Origin: a virus
Taxonomy: Duplodnaviria > Caudoviricetes
Length of the DNA: 64,000 nucleotides
Strand: one strand, 5' to 3'
IMG/VR virus record: IMGVR_UViG_2597490325_000001
Location: 160,001 to 224,000 of that record
How positions within the stretch are numbered: position 1 is the first letter of the stretch; each line of letters begins with the position of its first letter. Position numbers and translations under genes: made by a program. The notes under the pieces were generated by a model. The model saw only the letters and a program-made list of their open reading frames with translations, had not been told where the DNA came from and ran no database searches. Of this stretch, positions 48,247 to 57,920 are shown piece after piece.

Positions 48247-48519
48247 TTATTCTTTTTTCTTACTGAGTTCCGATTCAACTACTTCTTTAATCTCAGATTT
48301 CATATTATTTTCAACAATTTCATTAACTCTAGTAGTGAGCAAAGCGTAAGCATTTTCCAATTTTTTGATTAAACGATTAGCATCTTTAACTTTAATAGAA
48401 TCACTTTCACCAATAACATCTAGCAATAGTTTTACTTCCATCGCAGTTAATGGAACTGGAACGTCAGCATTTACAATAGCCAATTTGACGGAATCAGGTA
48501 ATTTGTCAATATCTGTCAT
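48247..48519 (-). CDS. Hypothetical protein
   Basis: ATGA overlap, aagga RBS. Confidence 0.65.
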   Translation of the reverse strand: MTDIDKLPDSVKLAIVNADVPVPLTAMEVKLLLDVIGESDSIKVKDANRLIKKLENAYALLTTRVNEIVENNMKSEIKEVVESELSKKKE

Positions 48520-49097
48520 TTAAGGAAATCCTTGTATTTAACTTGTTTGTAAGTATCTAACAATTTGTTTTTGTCATTAGAATTTTGTAAAATTTTACTT
48601 ATTTCTATTTTAGAATCGTTAATCTTACGAAGTAGTTTATTACGTAATTTAAGTATTTCTTTTATATCATTAAATGATAAAATAGTTACATTACCGTCTT
48701 CATTTTTAATTCTTAATGGCTCAAACTCTTCTGCTCCGAGATAGAAACAACTTTCAAGTAATTGGAATACTGGAGAAGAAATTCTTATTTCAGTTGCACC
48801 ATATGAAATTATATGGTTTTTGTTTATATCGTTGATACTTTCTATATGAAAATTAGCAATCTTCTCCTTCAGCTCACTAACATTAATATTTTCACTAAAA
48901 TGTACTACTTTAGGATTGCCGAAGTTATCAAACCCCATTTCGTATTCCGGAGACCTAGTGAGCTGTAGACAGAATCTCTTATAATCCCCTTCACTAATTT
49001 CTTTATACGGCTTAGGTACATTAACAGGTACAGGAATTATAGTTTTGTACAAACCTTTACTTTTAAGACTTACAAAGTAGTGATATTTTTGTTGCAT
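48516..49097 (-). CDS. Hypothetical, possibly fibre-assembly chaperone-like
   Basis: aaggt RBS; in the fibre cluster. Confidence 0.6.
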   Translation of the reverse strand: MQQKYHYFVSLKSKGLYKTIIPVPVNVPKPYKEISEGDYKRFCLQLTRSPEYEMGFDNFGNPKVVHFSENINVSELKEKIANFHIESINDINKNHIISYGATEIRISSPVFQLLESCFYLGAEEFEPLRIKNEDGNVTILSFNDIKEILKLRNKLLRKINDSKIEISKILQNSNDKNKLLDTYKQVKYKDFLK

Positions 49098-49150
49098 AAT
49101 TTACCTTAAAAAAGAAAAGCCCTATGGGTTTCCATAGGGCTTAATTTTAA

Positions 49151-49690
49151 TTAAATGGTAATAATGGCTACATCATCCCATCCGGTAGTATAATCATATA
49201 CGACCAAATCTTCAAAAGTAGTTACTTCGTTAATATCTTTAAAATGAGCATACTCTCTATTGAAAGCTCTTTGAATCTGAATTCTTGCGGCTTGTTGTAA
49301 AGCTTTAGCAGTAGAGATATCAAGTTCAATCCACTGAGTATTACTAACTTTCCAAGTCAAAGTATAGTGATTTAAACCACCAGATTCTGATTCATAAGAG
49401 GAGATTAAATCAGCTAAGCGACTCATATTAGTGTCAGTAGGACTAAAAGAACCTTCTTTAACACCAATAGGGGTAATCTGATAATTATAGCGATAAGTAG
49501 CTAAATTAGCAATTACTTCATTCTTAGCCTGATTAAGAAATTGATTAAAAGTAGCTTCTGCTACCGTAGCAATCTCCTTAGTATCCCAAATAGCGCCATC
49601 ATATGAATCAAACTGAGAAAATACTGGATTACCTTTGCTATTAATAATAGTAAATCCAGATTCCATAATATTAAGCTTTAAGATTTCCAT
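49151..49690 (-). CDS. DUF4376-like tail-fibre assembly chaperone
   Basis: L...K...I..L...RY......I; WK..N..WI.L; ...Q.AF.RE; terminal GW. Confidence 0.6.
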   Translation of the reverse strand: MEILKLNIMESGFTIINSKGNPVFSQFDSYDGAIWDTKEIATVAEATFNQFLNQAKNEVIANLATYRYNYQITPIGVKEGSFSPTDTNMSRLADLISSYESESGGLNHYTLTWKVSNTQWIELDISTAKALQQAARIQIQRAFNREYAHFKDINEVTTFEDLVVYDYTTGWDDVAIITI

Positions 49691-49699
49691 CTTTAACCC

Positions 49700-52600
49700 T
49701 TATAAATAATTACGCACAATACCAATTTTGGTAGGGGAATTAAACACTGAAGCTGAGCCAGCTATATATTTATTCATTTCATAGAATTTACCATCAACTC
49801 CATAATGGAGTAATGATTTAGATGCCGACAGATATGGAGACCAAAGTGCTGCACTAGCTATAGGTACCATATTGGCTGTATCTACTACTCTAAATTCTTT
49901 AGTATCTAAATTAAGAATATTTAATTGCCCGCCTAGGAACTTAGGAGTATAACCAGTATGAATAAATCCAGAAGAACTATCCTTAGAGGTATTTAGTTGA
50001 TTATAGAATAGAATTTCATTCTTCTCACAGTTAGGAATTCTTTCGGCAAAGTGAACCTCACAAAATTCATTCTTACCATTAGTAAGACCACGGAAATTTT
50101 GAATAAATGAGTACTCTACACTTACATCTTTATAAGTATTTGAAGAAATTGAATACTCATAAATAATTTTATTAGGATTCCCTAAGTCTTGGCGAAGAGA
50201 AGGTAAATCTACTTTATCGTCTACTAGTCCAATATACCCACCAAAGATAATAATCTTATCCTTATCTTTTCTGAAACAATTCCCCCAACCTATCCCATAA
50301 TTTGGTAGGCTAGCTATTAATGAGAAAGTATTGGTGTCTACATCATATACCATACAACGTTGGGTAGATAGGGAATTACTAGCAATATCCCAATATGGTA
50401 CTTTTTGAGCTGTATATCCGCCAAACATATACAATTTTCTCGTATCTTTGTCAAAATATGCAGCACCATTACCATATTGATAAGGCATAGTTGCTATCTG
50501 ACTTATGGTTTTAGTAGCCATATCAAATTTGTAAACAAACATATTAAATACATTATTTACATTACGACTATCTATATAGGATATACCATTTTCTGTAAAT
50601 TGTACTAAAGTCTTATTCTTTACGCCACCAACAATAATAGGATTTCCATCTCTATCAGAACAAGTTGCACCATATACAGAACTTAATTGAGAACTAGGAT
50701 AGAAAGTAAATTTCTCCGTCACTCTATTATAGATACCTATAATATTTTGAGGAGTAGTTGTATTATTTGGCGCTCTTGATTGTACAGTAAAAGTAAAGAA
50801 TATTGATGTATTATCATATTCATTACATGGTATAACCATAGGTGCCGTATAAATATCAACTAAACTTTCCCAACCTACAACATCATTGTATGCTCCAGTA
50901 ACATCAGTTTTAAATCCAGAAATAATTTTATCTCTATCTGGATGGTCAATCCTTTCAGAAAATTCTCGCTGATACAAGTGCGTGATGTAGATTCTTCCAT
51001 ACTTATCTACTGTACAACATTTATCGGAGTCAAGTTTAACTATACCATTTTGTGGATAGAAATTATTTCTACGAGTCAGAGATACAGTAATTTTACTGTT
51101 AACTAAATCATAATCCCAATGCCTACCAGTGTTATCTACTAAGCGAATAACATCTTTATTCAAATAGCTTGCGCCAACAATATAAGAATTAGATATAGCT
51201 GTAGATAAATCACTTAGAGATTTAGTTGTTACTGTACCAGTATTACTAATAATGGAAAAATTATTATTAGTAGTAGTATCTGGATGTAAACCATAAAATA
51301 CATAAGTATTTCCATTAAATGTATTTTCAGTTATATCGCCAGCAATAAAATCATATGGTAATGTAGTTAAGATTGACCAAGTAGTGCTAGTCAAATCATA
51401 TGCATATACATTCCGATTAAATGTTCCATCTGATTTAACCCCACCAATATACAGTACCTTATTATCCGGAGTTACTTTAGCTCTACCATATGCCACTGAT
51501 ATTGGTAGAGAGGTTATAGCAGCCCAAGTATCCGAATATGTAATCAGATCATTAGTGAAGAAACTATTTGATAAAACGCCTTCTTTATCACCACCTAAAA
51601 TAAATACTCTACCAGATTTAGAAACAGCCGTAGCTGCACCTTTTAATCCTTTTGTAAGTTTATCTACATTTAAAATAGTTTCAGTACCATAAGATACACT
51701 ATATTTAATTAATTTTGAACCATCAATTGGTGTACCGAAATCATTACTCTTACCAGTACTTAAGTAATAGAAATCACCTTTATACTTAAATGGTTGGTTG
51801 AAAGAAGAATATGTATTATCAGAAATCTCTCTTTCAACTACAATACCTGAGAAGGTGTCACTGGTATCATTATCTGGATAGTAAATAAATCCAACAGAAG
51901 GACGATTTAGATTTACTAATCCTTTAGTATTTAAGTACTCAGGTACTCCAGAAAAACTGTTTCCTCTATCTCCGCCAAAAATTGCTATCCTACCATCTTT
52001 AAGTGCAGCCATAGCGCAACTGGAACCGGCACTTAAAATGTTCTTATCTATAACCGATGCATTATTTGTAAGGTTTAATGGGGATTTATATGTCATGGTA
52101 CCTTTTGTTAAATCAAAGCATAACATATCTGCTACGTTGACATCCGATTCAAATTGCAATGGGACAGTAGTAGCAGTAGTACCTTCTTTTAACTGAGACA
52201 CCCAACCAGTGGTATACAATTTATCCTTAATTCTTACTATCTGACTGCCATCACCTGCAGCGATAGTATTAATCCATTTAGACCAAGTATTAGTAGCTAC
52301 GTCATATACTAAACCATAATTCCATTTACCATAAGCAGAAAATGAATTAGAAGCATTATCCTGTAATGGTAAATAAATTTTACCATTATAATAATGTAGA
52401 TATGTATTTCTCCAAGGATAATTACTACCAGACGAACCAGACGGCATTAATGAGGTAGGAATAGAAGCTAAGACTTCTACTGCTCCTAGAGTTACGTTGT
52501 TCGTATCAGACCCATAAATAATTTTTCTTCTACCAAAATGGTTTATTGCTACATCAGCTCCGTCAGGTGATGTAGTCCCAAATGGAATGTATACATATAG

Positions 52601-53608
52601 ATAATCATTTACATCATCATAAGTTACGCCATGACTTCTAAATAAGTAATTACTCCATTGACCAAGAATAACCCATTTTTGACCACCACTTACATTATCA
52701 CTAGTGTAAAGCAGTATGTCCCCAACAGTTTTCCACCACTGATTATTAGTATTTGCTTGATCACTATAATATGCACCCCCTCCTAATTGTAAGGCGCAGT
52801 TATTTTTTATAGCACAAAGCCTATGATTATTTACTGGATAAGGTAAATTAGAAGTTTCTCTAAAAGTCCTATCCGCTGGATTGAAGATGTATGATTTATT
52901 GGTAACTACTTTTGTCTGAGAAGTACTATATTCATCCAATACTAATACTGGATTGTAAAACCCTCCAGTTAGTAATACAGTACCATCTGTAAGAGTAACT
53001 GCTTCAGCATCAATCCATCCATTTAAGGGTAAATTGAAACTTTCATAAATTTTCTTAGACCCGTCTGTATATACAGCCCAAGGTTTAATTGTAGTAAATT
53101 GCGTAGGATCAATAATGTATGAAAGGGTTTCTAATGTGTCTTCAGACATTACAGCATCCACAATTACAGGTGCTGCAGCTATGACGTTTGATAAAGCTAA
53201 TGCTAAATATTCTATGCCATTATATACTACTGAAACTAGAGAATTCTGATAATTCTCATTATTTTCCATAGTATACTTTTTAACATACCCATTTACTACC
53301 TTTAAAGAGATTTTTACTTTATTACTTCCAGCAATACCTAATTTACCATCAATATAGATGTCTTTGTATAGGTTGCCTAGAATAATATATGAATAAGAGC
53401 TATTTTTAATAGAATTACCTAAAAATGTCTTAAGTTTATAGTTACCGCCAAATTTTACAGCTTTACCTTTAAAAATTTGGAAGAAAGATTGAGTTTTTAA
53501 ACTAGAGCTAGTAGGCTTACCAGAAGATAAGGTTCCGTCCTGATAATTTAATTTACCATCTATTAGTGCTCTGTTACTAAATCTTGCGGACTCTCTAGTC
53601 TGTGACAT
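49700..53608 (-). CDS. Giant Kelch-repeat (multi beta-propeller) protein 1
   Basis: Repeated hhhhGG...YD....W/F...LP Kelch blades (VLLTGG, IAIFGG, VFILGG, VLYIGG, LYMFGG, IIIFGG); late promoter at 53645-53657. Confidence 0.8.
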   Translation of the reverse strand: MSQTRESARFSNRALIDGKLNYQDGTLSSGKPTSSSLKTQSFFQIFKGKAVKFGGNYKLKTFLGNSIKNSSYSYIILGNLYKDIYIDGKLGIAGSNKVKISLKVVNGYVKKYTMENNENYQNSLVSVVYNGIEYLALALSNVIAAAPVIVDAVMSEDTLETLSYIIDPTQFTTIKPWAVYTDGSKKIYESFNLPLNGWIDAEAVTLTDGTVLLTGGFYNPVLVLDEYSTSQTKVVTNKSYIFNPADRTFRETSNLPYPVNNHRLCAIKNNCALQLGGGAYYSDQANTNNQWWKTVGDILLYTSDNVSGGQKWVILGQWSNYLFRSHGVTYDDVNDYLYVYIPFGTTSPDGADVAINHFGRRKIIYGSDTNNVTLGAVEVLASIPTSLMPSGSSGSNYPWRNTYLHYYNGKIYLPLQDNASNSFSAYGKWNYGLVYDVATNTWSKWINTIAAGDGSQIVRIKDKLYTTGWVSQLKEGTTATTVPLQFESDVNVADMLCFDLTKGTMTYKSPLNLTNNASVIDKNILSAGSSCAMAALKDGRIAIFGGDRGNSFSGVPEYLNTKGLVNLNRPSVGFIYYPDNDTSDTFSGIVVEREISDNTYSSFNQPFKYKGDFYYLSTGKSNDFGTPIDGSKLIKYSVSYGTETILNVDKLTKGLKGAATAVSKSGRVFILGGDKEGVLSNSFFTNDLITYSDTWAAITSLPISVAYGRAKVTPDNKVLYIGGVKSDGTFNRNVYAYDLTSTTWSILTTLPYDFIAGDITENTFNGNTYVFYGLHPDTTTNNNFSIISNTGTVTTKSLSDLSTAISNSYIVGASYLNKDVIRLVDNTGRHWDYDLVNSKITVSLTRRNNFYPQNGIVKLDSDKCCTVDKYGRIYITHLYQREFSERIDHPDRDKIISGFKTDVTGAYNDVVGWESLVDIYTAPMVIPCNEYDNTSIFFTFTVQSRAPNNTTTPQNIIGIYNRVTEKFTFYPSSQLSSVYGATCSDRDGNPIIVGGVKNKTLVQFTENGISYIDSRNVNNVFNMFVYKFDMATKTISQIATMPYQYGNGAAYFDKDTRKLYMFGGYTAQKVPYWDIASNSLSTQRCMVYDVDTNTFSLIASLPNYGIGWGNCFRKDKDKIIIFGGYIGLVDDKVDLPSLRQDLGNPNKIIYEYSISSNTYKDVSVEYSFIQNFRGLTNGKNEFCEVHFAERIPNCEKNEILFYNQLNTSKDSSSGFIHTGYTPKFLGGQLNILNLDTKEFRVVDTANMVPIASAALWSPYLSASKSLLHYGVDGKFYEMNKYIAGSASVFNSPTKIGIVRNYL

Positions 53609-53714
53609 AGTAAGATTACCTTTTATTTATCTTATATAAAAGAACTAAAAAGTTGTTCGTAAATAAAAGTCCCCTAATAAGACATGATGCTTATTAGGGG
53701 GTAACTTTAAATTA

Positions 53715-56700
53715 TTAAGATATTACAACAAACATACCTAATCCGTTTATGTAAACGGATTTATTTAGACGACTACCAAACATTCCTGGAAGAACAATTA
53801 TTTTACCTGACTTAAGCTCAAACATTTCTGGATAAGCTGAGTCATCTGAAGAAAAAATACCTGTAGATGTAGAAAGGGCTGTAGTTACAGGAGCTATCAT
53901 TTTATTTGCTTCAATAGGTACACTAATAAGCTGCCAAGGAATACCGGTATTATACTTCTTATTATAAGGATTGAAAATACCAGCCGTTATAGTTGATTTA
54001 GTTTCTACCCAAGGGAAAATATAGAAGTTACCATTACTATGTTTAATACCGGTTAAGTTAATATAAGTAGGTCTTACTCTACCAGATTCAAGTAAAGCTG
54101 CTGGTATAACTGATTCACTCTTAGTAAGATCAATAGTTTTAAATAACCCATTGGCATCGGCTTCGTCAGTAGTATTAGTTAATGTATCAAAAACAGTTAC
54201 CTGATTATTGAGTATCTTACCAGTATTCCCCATAGCATCAGGTGATAAATTATCTGAACTAAAGCAGAAAAGCGTACCGTTATCAGCAACAGCCGCATAA
54301 TTTCGGAAAGGTGAAATTGCCATATCAGGGTTATCAGTAATTGATAATTTACCTAAGTATGTTAAGGTATTGGCTGAAATACTATATTTAAATACTTTGT
54401 TAAAACAAGTGTTTGCATGATAATCTGTAACAGTACTCCAATATTTATACCCACCAAATATCAAAATCTCATCAGGGTTATTAGTCAAAGATATCATAGT
54501 GCCATTGATAAATTTAACATTAACACTTAATGGATTATTAATATAAGTTGGCTGCTTCTCAGTATAAGTATTAGTAACTGGATCGAAGATAGTTAAAGTA
54601 CTTCTCATGTATTTGATAGGGTTAGTTTGTAAATCAGTAGAAGCGCTACTGAGATCCCATAAACCTCCAATTAAAACAATTCTTCCATCTGGTAGGGTCT
54701 TAGCTACACCATTTGACCAGTTTTGACATAAAGAAGAAGGTATAGTATCTTCTTGCCAAGTACCTAAAGTAAATAAACCATCTGAATTTTCAGTAACTTT
54801 AGCTTTCCAATGACTATTAACGAAAACAGATTCACCAGACTTAGCCCCTCCACTAATTACCCCGCCAAAATAATGTATATTATCATTAGAATCTAAAACT
54901 TTAGTACTGGCTGTTATAAAAATATCATTTGTTTCAGTACGATTACCTAAAGTAAATACAGGGGAAATCCCAAATGAAGTAAATTTAATTTTAGGTTTAT
55001 ATGCAGCATTAATGAATTTAAAAGGAGGAGTAACTGAAATTGAACCATTAGATCCTTTAACCATACCAAATGGTATATAAAATTCACCTTTAGGCGTTTT
55101 AACTAGATCGGCTAATGCAAAACATCTAGTTTGCGTAACCATTTCAAATTTATTAGTATCAATATAGTATTTAAATACTAAGGTACCACTATAATTTTTA
55201 GCTCTACCAGCATACAAAACAATCTCATTTGTGTTGATTTTGGTAGCTCGCATCCACCCTTCTGATTCAAATTCAATAGGAATGGATTGTAATTGAGTAT
55301 AGATAGGGGTTAGATAAGTGTCACCTTTATTTACTAAAGATAGCTTGAAGGTCTCAGATGAATAAACTTTATCGCCATTTTCATCAAAAGTAGTACCGCC
55401 GAATACAATGCATTCAGTATCAGATATAGATACTAAAGCTGAACCATATTTAGCATACTTCTCTAAAGGTATTGAACTGCCGCTACTCTCAATTAAATCA
55501 TGGTAACGAGTGACACTGTTACTTGTAACTGAATAAACTCCATATCCTGAAGATTTATTCAATGACATTTCATCTTTACCACCAATCATATAGAATACAT
55601 TTTGAGTAGAATTATAGAAATAATTGCCATATTCTCTCAATATTCTGTTATTATCATTAGAAGTATAGAAATTGTCTTTGAAATAAGGTTTGCCAGCAGT
55701 CCAAGTTATACCAGAATCTGGAGAATAAAAATAGAATAATGTACTCTTGTTCAGAGTTCTATCACTGGAATCTGCAGCATCTTTAGTGCCAGCCGTACTA
55801 CCTAAGAGAACTAACGAATAACCAGTTATACTGTTAAAATTATTAATTTTCTGTAGAGAAAATTCAGATGGATCAGTTGCACTATAAATAGTATTCGCTT
55901 CATCATCGAAATCTATAGCCGCTCCACCTTTCATATTAAGTCTATAATTAACCACTGCTGGAACTGGTGAAACTGTCCAAGTATATTTAACTGTATCAAA
56001 TAAATAGGCAGTTTTATTCTTTTCAAGAATAGTATAAACTTTATTGCTAGATGTACTAGCTGATTGAGTATTATACCAGTTCGCTACAGGGGTATTTGGT
56101 ATAGTGCAATTGTCATTTAATGGAATTAATCTAGATAAAACATTTGGGTTAGTTGCTATTACACTCTTATTAAAATCTACAATCATAGCATGATTAGAAT
56201 GCATTAAACCTGTAGATATCTTATTATCAGGATCAGAAAAGAAGAAAGATTCCCCTTCACCATAATTTACACAACCACCAGCAAGAATAACTCGTTTATC
56301 TTTAAAAATACCTATACCGTTACATACAAAGCCTGGGTATGGTAATTTTTCTCTATAGTAATAATCTTTAGTATTAAAATCTATTTCAATAATATCTCTA
56401 AATGCAGAAGTATAGTAAGCTCCATTACCAGTTCCGGTAACAGTGGGTATTGTAGTAAATTCCCCACTTACGCCAGTAAACATTATAAGTTTATTATCAT
56501 TTATAGGAGAACGAATAATCTTTGGCACCGACAGGAAGAAATCAAAGCTCATAAACTTTGTAATTTCTTCAGTAGCTACATCAAATTTATATAAAACTGT
56601 ACCTTTATGGTTGTTTCTAAAAATACCAGCAGTAAATATTATACCATTTAGCTCCGGTAGATATACAGATGAATTAAATGAATCCTGATCGAAGGCAGTA

Positions 56701-57833
56701 GGATTTGCAACGTTTTCATTAAATACGGCTGTATATTTATTAGCTACATAAGTTTCTTCACCAGTCAATAAATTATATTTATATAACCCAAAGAAAGGAA
56801 CCATTGTAGTCGGAACAGAGTTTACATAAGCAGTTTCTCTGCCACAAAAGACATAAATTGTATCATTTACTATACAGGCTGCAGTGGAAAAGAATTGATG
56901 AGATACAGGTATTCTTTCATATGTATCATTTTCTATATCATGTATATAGAAATAACTACCACCGACTACGGGAATCCCTATTGAGCGCACCCCATAGTTT
57001 ATGATCATATTTTTACCAGGCTTGTACTCTACAGTACTAGACATATACAAAGCTTCTGGGAAGGGAGCCATTTCTCTCCAACTATTTGTCTCTGGATTGT
57101 ATTCGAAAACATTATTGCAACCAGTTTCACTAGAGAATCCTATTTCATTAGGATATGTTAAACCAGTAGCTAATCCATTCTCACCAGCACAACCAGGATA
57201 AAGATAAAATTTATTATTTTTTGAGTTAACTGTACCGGATACATTTCGCATAGCCATACCAATTTTAGGAATGTCTGGTATGCTACGGAACATAGAATTA
57301 CTCAAAAAAGTACTTACTGAATATGATTCATATTCAGTAGATTTTAATGTAACTACTTGTGATGAATCAGATACAACAGCTTCCAGTATATAGCTTCCTA
57401 AAGCATCAAATTTTAAGCCTATATAAGATTTATCACCTTTAGTAACATCTACTAAAGTAATTTTAAATGCTACAGAGAAGAAAGAACCTTCTTTAATATA
57501 GTCATTTGATTTGTTATATGCAAAATCAAATGTAGCTGAATCTGCATAATCATCATTTACAAAGTTAATCTTACCTGAGAATGTAAAGTCTTTACTTGTT
57601 TCAGCAAGTATAAGAATATCGTTTACATCTGAGATAACACCTTGTACTTCAAATTTAAAAGTAGTGGAATTTTTTAGTGCTTCTGCATTACTTCCACTAA
57701 GTAACACCGATGCGAATTCTTTGGGGTCTATGTCTAGCTCACCTGTATAAATATTACCTTTCTTATCAGCTTTCAGGTTATTGCCAGAGATTATTTGTCT
57801 ACTAAACTTAGTAGATTTTCTGGATAAAGACAT
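53715..57833 (-). CDS. Giant Kelch-repeat protein 2
   Basis: VFEYNPETNSWREMAPFP, VILAGG, FYMIGG, CIVFGG, IVLIGG, ILIFGG; late promoter at 57862-57874. Confidence 0.8.
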   Translation of the reverse strand: MSLSRKSTKFSRQIISGNNLKADKKGNIYTGELDIDPKEFASVLLSGSNAEALKNSTTFKFEVQGVISDVNDILILAETSKDFTFSGKINFVNDDYADSATFDFAYNKSNDYIKEGSFFSVAFKITLVDVTKGDKSYIGLKFDALGSYILEAVVSDSSQVVTLKSTEYESYSVSTFLSNSMFRSIPDIPKIGMAMRNVSGTVNSKNNKFYLYPGCAGENGLATGLTYPNEIGFSSETGCNNVFEYNPETNSWREMAPFPEALYMSSTVEYKPGKNMIINYGVRSIGIPVVGGSYFYIHDIENDTYERIPVSHQFFSTAACIVNDTIYVFCGRETAYVNSVPTTMVPFFGLYKYNLLTGEETYVANKYTAVFNENVANPTAFDQDSFNSSVYLPELNGIIFTAGIFRNNHKGTVLYKFDVATEEITKFMSFDFFLSVPKIIRSPINDNKLIMFTGVSGEFTTIPTVTGTGNGAYYTSAFRDIIEIDFNTKDYYYREKLPYPGFVCNGIGIFKDKRVILAGGCVNYGEGESFFFSDPDNKISTGLMHSNHAMIVDFNKSVIATNPNVLSRLIPLNDNCTIPNTPVANWYNTQSASTSSNKVYTILEKNKTAYLFDTVKYTWTVSPVPAVVNYRLNMKGGAAIDFDDEANTIYSATDPSEFSLQKINNFNSITGYSLVLLGSTAGTKDAADSSDRTLNKSTLFYFYSPDSGITWTAGKPYFKDNFYTSNDNNRILREYGNYFYNSTQNVFYMIGGKDEMSLNKSSGYGVYSVTSNSVTRYHDLIESSGSSIPLEKYAKYGSALVSISDTECIVFGGTTFDENGDKVYSSETFKLSLVNKGDTYLTPIYTQLQSIPIEFESEGWMRATKINTNEIVLYAGRAKNYSGTLVFKYYIDTNKFEMVTQTRCFALADLVKTPKGEFYIPFGMVKGSNGSISVTPPFKFINAAYKPKIKFTSFGISPVFTLGNRTETNDIFITASTKVLDSNDNIHYFGGVISGGAKSGESVFVNSHWKAKVTENSDGLFTLGTWQEDTIPSSLCQNWSNGVAKTLPDGRIVLIGGLWDLSSASTDLQTNPIKYMRSTLTIFDPVTNTYTEKQPTYINNPLSVNVKFINGTMISLTNNPDEILIFGGYKYWSTVTDYHANTCFNKVFKYSISANTLTYLGKLSITDNPDMAISPFRNYAAVADNGTLFCFSSDNLSPDAMGNTGKILNNQVTVFDTLTNTTDEADANGLFKTIDLTKSESVIPAALLESGRVRPTYINLTGIKHSNGNFYIFPWVETKSTITAGIFNPYNKKYNTGIPWQLISVPIEANKMIAPVTTALSTSTGIFSSDDSAYPEMFELKSGKIIVLPGMFGSRLNKSVYINGLGMFVVIS

Positions 57834-57920
57834 AATTTGTTTTACCTTTTTATGAAAAGATCTAAATTTTTGTTAAAAAATATTGACCTTATACCATTTC
57901 TGGTATAAGGTCAATAATTG